Source: Folioceros fuciformis
Lineage: Eukaryota
NCBI GenBank assembly: GCA_049999805.1
Contig: JBNGIO010006304.1
Coordinates: 354,157-418,156, forward strand
Direction of reading: 5' to 3'
Length of the DNA: 64,000 bases
The notes under the pieces are model-generated. The model was not told where the DNA came from and did not search any database. It worked only from the letters and a program-made list of their open reading frames with translations. The translations under genes and the position numbers were made by a program. Shown in pieces: positions 62,588 through 64,000 of the stretch. The first letter of the stretch is position 1, and each line of letters starts with the position of its first letter.

Positions 62588-64000
62588 TCATACTGACCCT
62601 TCCGGTTCATGATGGAAAACCTGCGTCTGATCGCGGTCCCCGAGGGGAAAGGCAGCTTTGGTCGAGAGCTCGTCGACCATGGAGAGGATGTACTTGGTCT
62701 TGGCCACCAGTTCGATGAGCAGCGAGGAAAACTTGACGAAGGACAGCGCAGCCACTCTTTCGGAGGTAGCATCCCACTCAGTGTCGAGGGAGTCGCTGTG
62801 CTGAAACAAATCGCTTTGCCAGTCCGGCCGACAACTGGCGTCGGTGGCATCAAACTCTCCTCCATCCGCATTCGGGTGCGAGTGCTGAGCTCCCTGAGGC
62901 CGCGCGTTGGTGGCGCCGGGGATGGGAATGCCACCACTGTTGCCGGTGCCTGGATTCGAGGGATGGTTATCCCCCAGGAGGATGGAAGAATGTTTCCGGA
63001 TCTTGTGCTGGAGCCGCAGCGCGGCCTCCTGCGCCTTTTGCACCACGTCCTGGTGTTGGTAGCGGCGCATGTTGCGGATGGTGGCTCCCATGAGCCTCAG
63101 GGCCGCTCCGCACTGGTGCCCTATCATCTGCAGCTCTTCCCGGAAGATGAAGCGCACAAAGTGCGGGGCTTGGATCTCGGCTCGCAGACAGGCGTCCAAC
63201 GCGATCACGTCGTAGAGCTCGTACCGCAAGTTGTCGATAATGTCGGAGTAGAGATCCCAGGGAAAACCCCAGAAGAAATTCCCATGGCAGGGTTCAAAGG
63301 GCACGGCCTTCATCAACTTGTCCACATCCGAATCGGCCGCGAGGATCTCGTAGAAGCTGGTGAAGATGTTATCCACGGGAGTCTTCTTGCGGAGGGTTTC
63401 GGGAACAGGGTCCAGGACGACCCCGTTGCAGTAGGCGCGGACGCAGCCTTCGACTACGTTGCCCGCAGTGTGGAAGTTCTTTGCCACCAGCTTGTTCACC
63501 ATGTCCCCCGCGTACGCCGGCGCCAGGCTCAGATTCACCAGCAGCGCGATGAGGAAGCCGATGAAGATAGTCACCAGTCGCACCAGCGGTAGTGCCAGCT
63601 TCTCCCGGAACGCACTCTTGGAGAGGATGAGCAGGTGGAAGGTGATCATGGACATGACCACTGCGTAGTTCCACTTATCCTTAAACGGCCTCCGGAACTT
63701 GAACACGGTGGGGATAGCAGCCCCCAGGAACACGCAGAAGACGATGAAGTGAGTCTCGTAGCCACCGAACGAGGGCGCCGACAGATTGACAAAGAGCGCC
63801 ATCATCGCCGCCACCAGCGTCCCCACCGTCCGGTTCAACCCCTTGCTGAAGGTGAGCCCAACGGAGGCCTCAAGAACGATGTCCACCGTCACCACGGCCC
63901 ACACCCCGTTCTGGTCGATGTTGCTGTACAGCGGCGGCAAGAAGCAGAGCATGGACGCAATGGTGGCCGCCAGCCCTGCCTTGAAGGGGAAGGCCAGAGG
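62588..64000 (-). CDS. ALMT: Aluminium-activated malate transporter (ALMT family); 5' end lies beyond the window
   Basis: FKAGLAATI, WAVVTVDIVLEASVGLTFSKGLNRTVGTLVA, FEPCHGNF.WGFPW and FSSLLIELVAK. No intron in the visible part. Confidence 0.92.
   Translation of the reverse strand, partial: PLAFPFKAGLAATIASMLCFLPPLYSNIDQNGVWAVVTVDIVLEASVGLTFSKGLNRTVGTLVAAMMALFVNLSAPSFGGYETHFIVFCVFLGAAIPTVFKFRRPFKDKWNYAVVMSMITFHLLILSKSAFREKLALPLVRLVTIFIGFLIALLVNLSLAPAYAGDMVNKLVAKNFHTAGNVVEGCVRAYCNGVVLDPVPETLRKKTPVDNIFTSFYEILAADSDVDKLMKAVPFEPCHGNFFWGFPWDLYSDIIDNLRYELYDVIALDACLRAEIQAPHFVRFIFREELQMIGHQCGAALRLMGATIRNMRRYQHQDVVQKAQEAALRLQHKIRKHSSILLGDNHPSNPGTGNSGGIPIPGATNARPQGAQHSHPNADGGEFDATDASCRPDWQSDLFQHSDSLDTEWDATSERVAALSFVKFSSLLIELVAKTKYILSMVDELSTKAAFPLGDRDQTQVFHHEPEGSV

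Noticed and set aside
62609-63592. 327-aa plus-strand ORF
   Set aside because: Antisense to ALMT, explained by high GC3 codon bias.

Overview
Gene-dense eukaryotic nuclear DNA from a land plant: short GT-AG introns, plant-type genes and several N gaps. The compact, GC-rich layout suggests a non-seed plant such as a hornwort, but that is inference. About 18 protein-coding loci are supported: a 3'-truncated plastid PDH E2, F-box/Sel1, class II HDAC (HDA15-like), V-ATPase subunit C, three tandem SURNod19-family genes with a dirigent gene nested among them, a TIC32-like SDR, a DUF2358-like protein, NF-YC, thymidylate kinase, a GMC oxidoreductase, a KCTD-type BTB protein, PPR-SMR (SVR7-like), KRI1, ankyrin-BTB, mitochondrial LpxD, a MEE22-like coiled-coil protein and ALMT. 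There are also decayed pogo-like and PIF/Harbinger DNA transposons, a MITE family and several tandem repeats. The two most notable observations are (1) a 118-nt tRNA-like, Pol III-type gene whose anticodon loop is replaced by two hairpins, and (2) the SURNod19/dirigent/SDR cluster, where the SURNod19 copies keep copper-monooxygenase-like ligand motifs and split into secreted and membrane-anchored forms. Exon structures were read by eye, so gene ends are approximate where stated.
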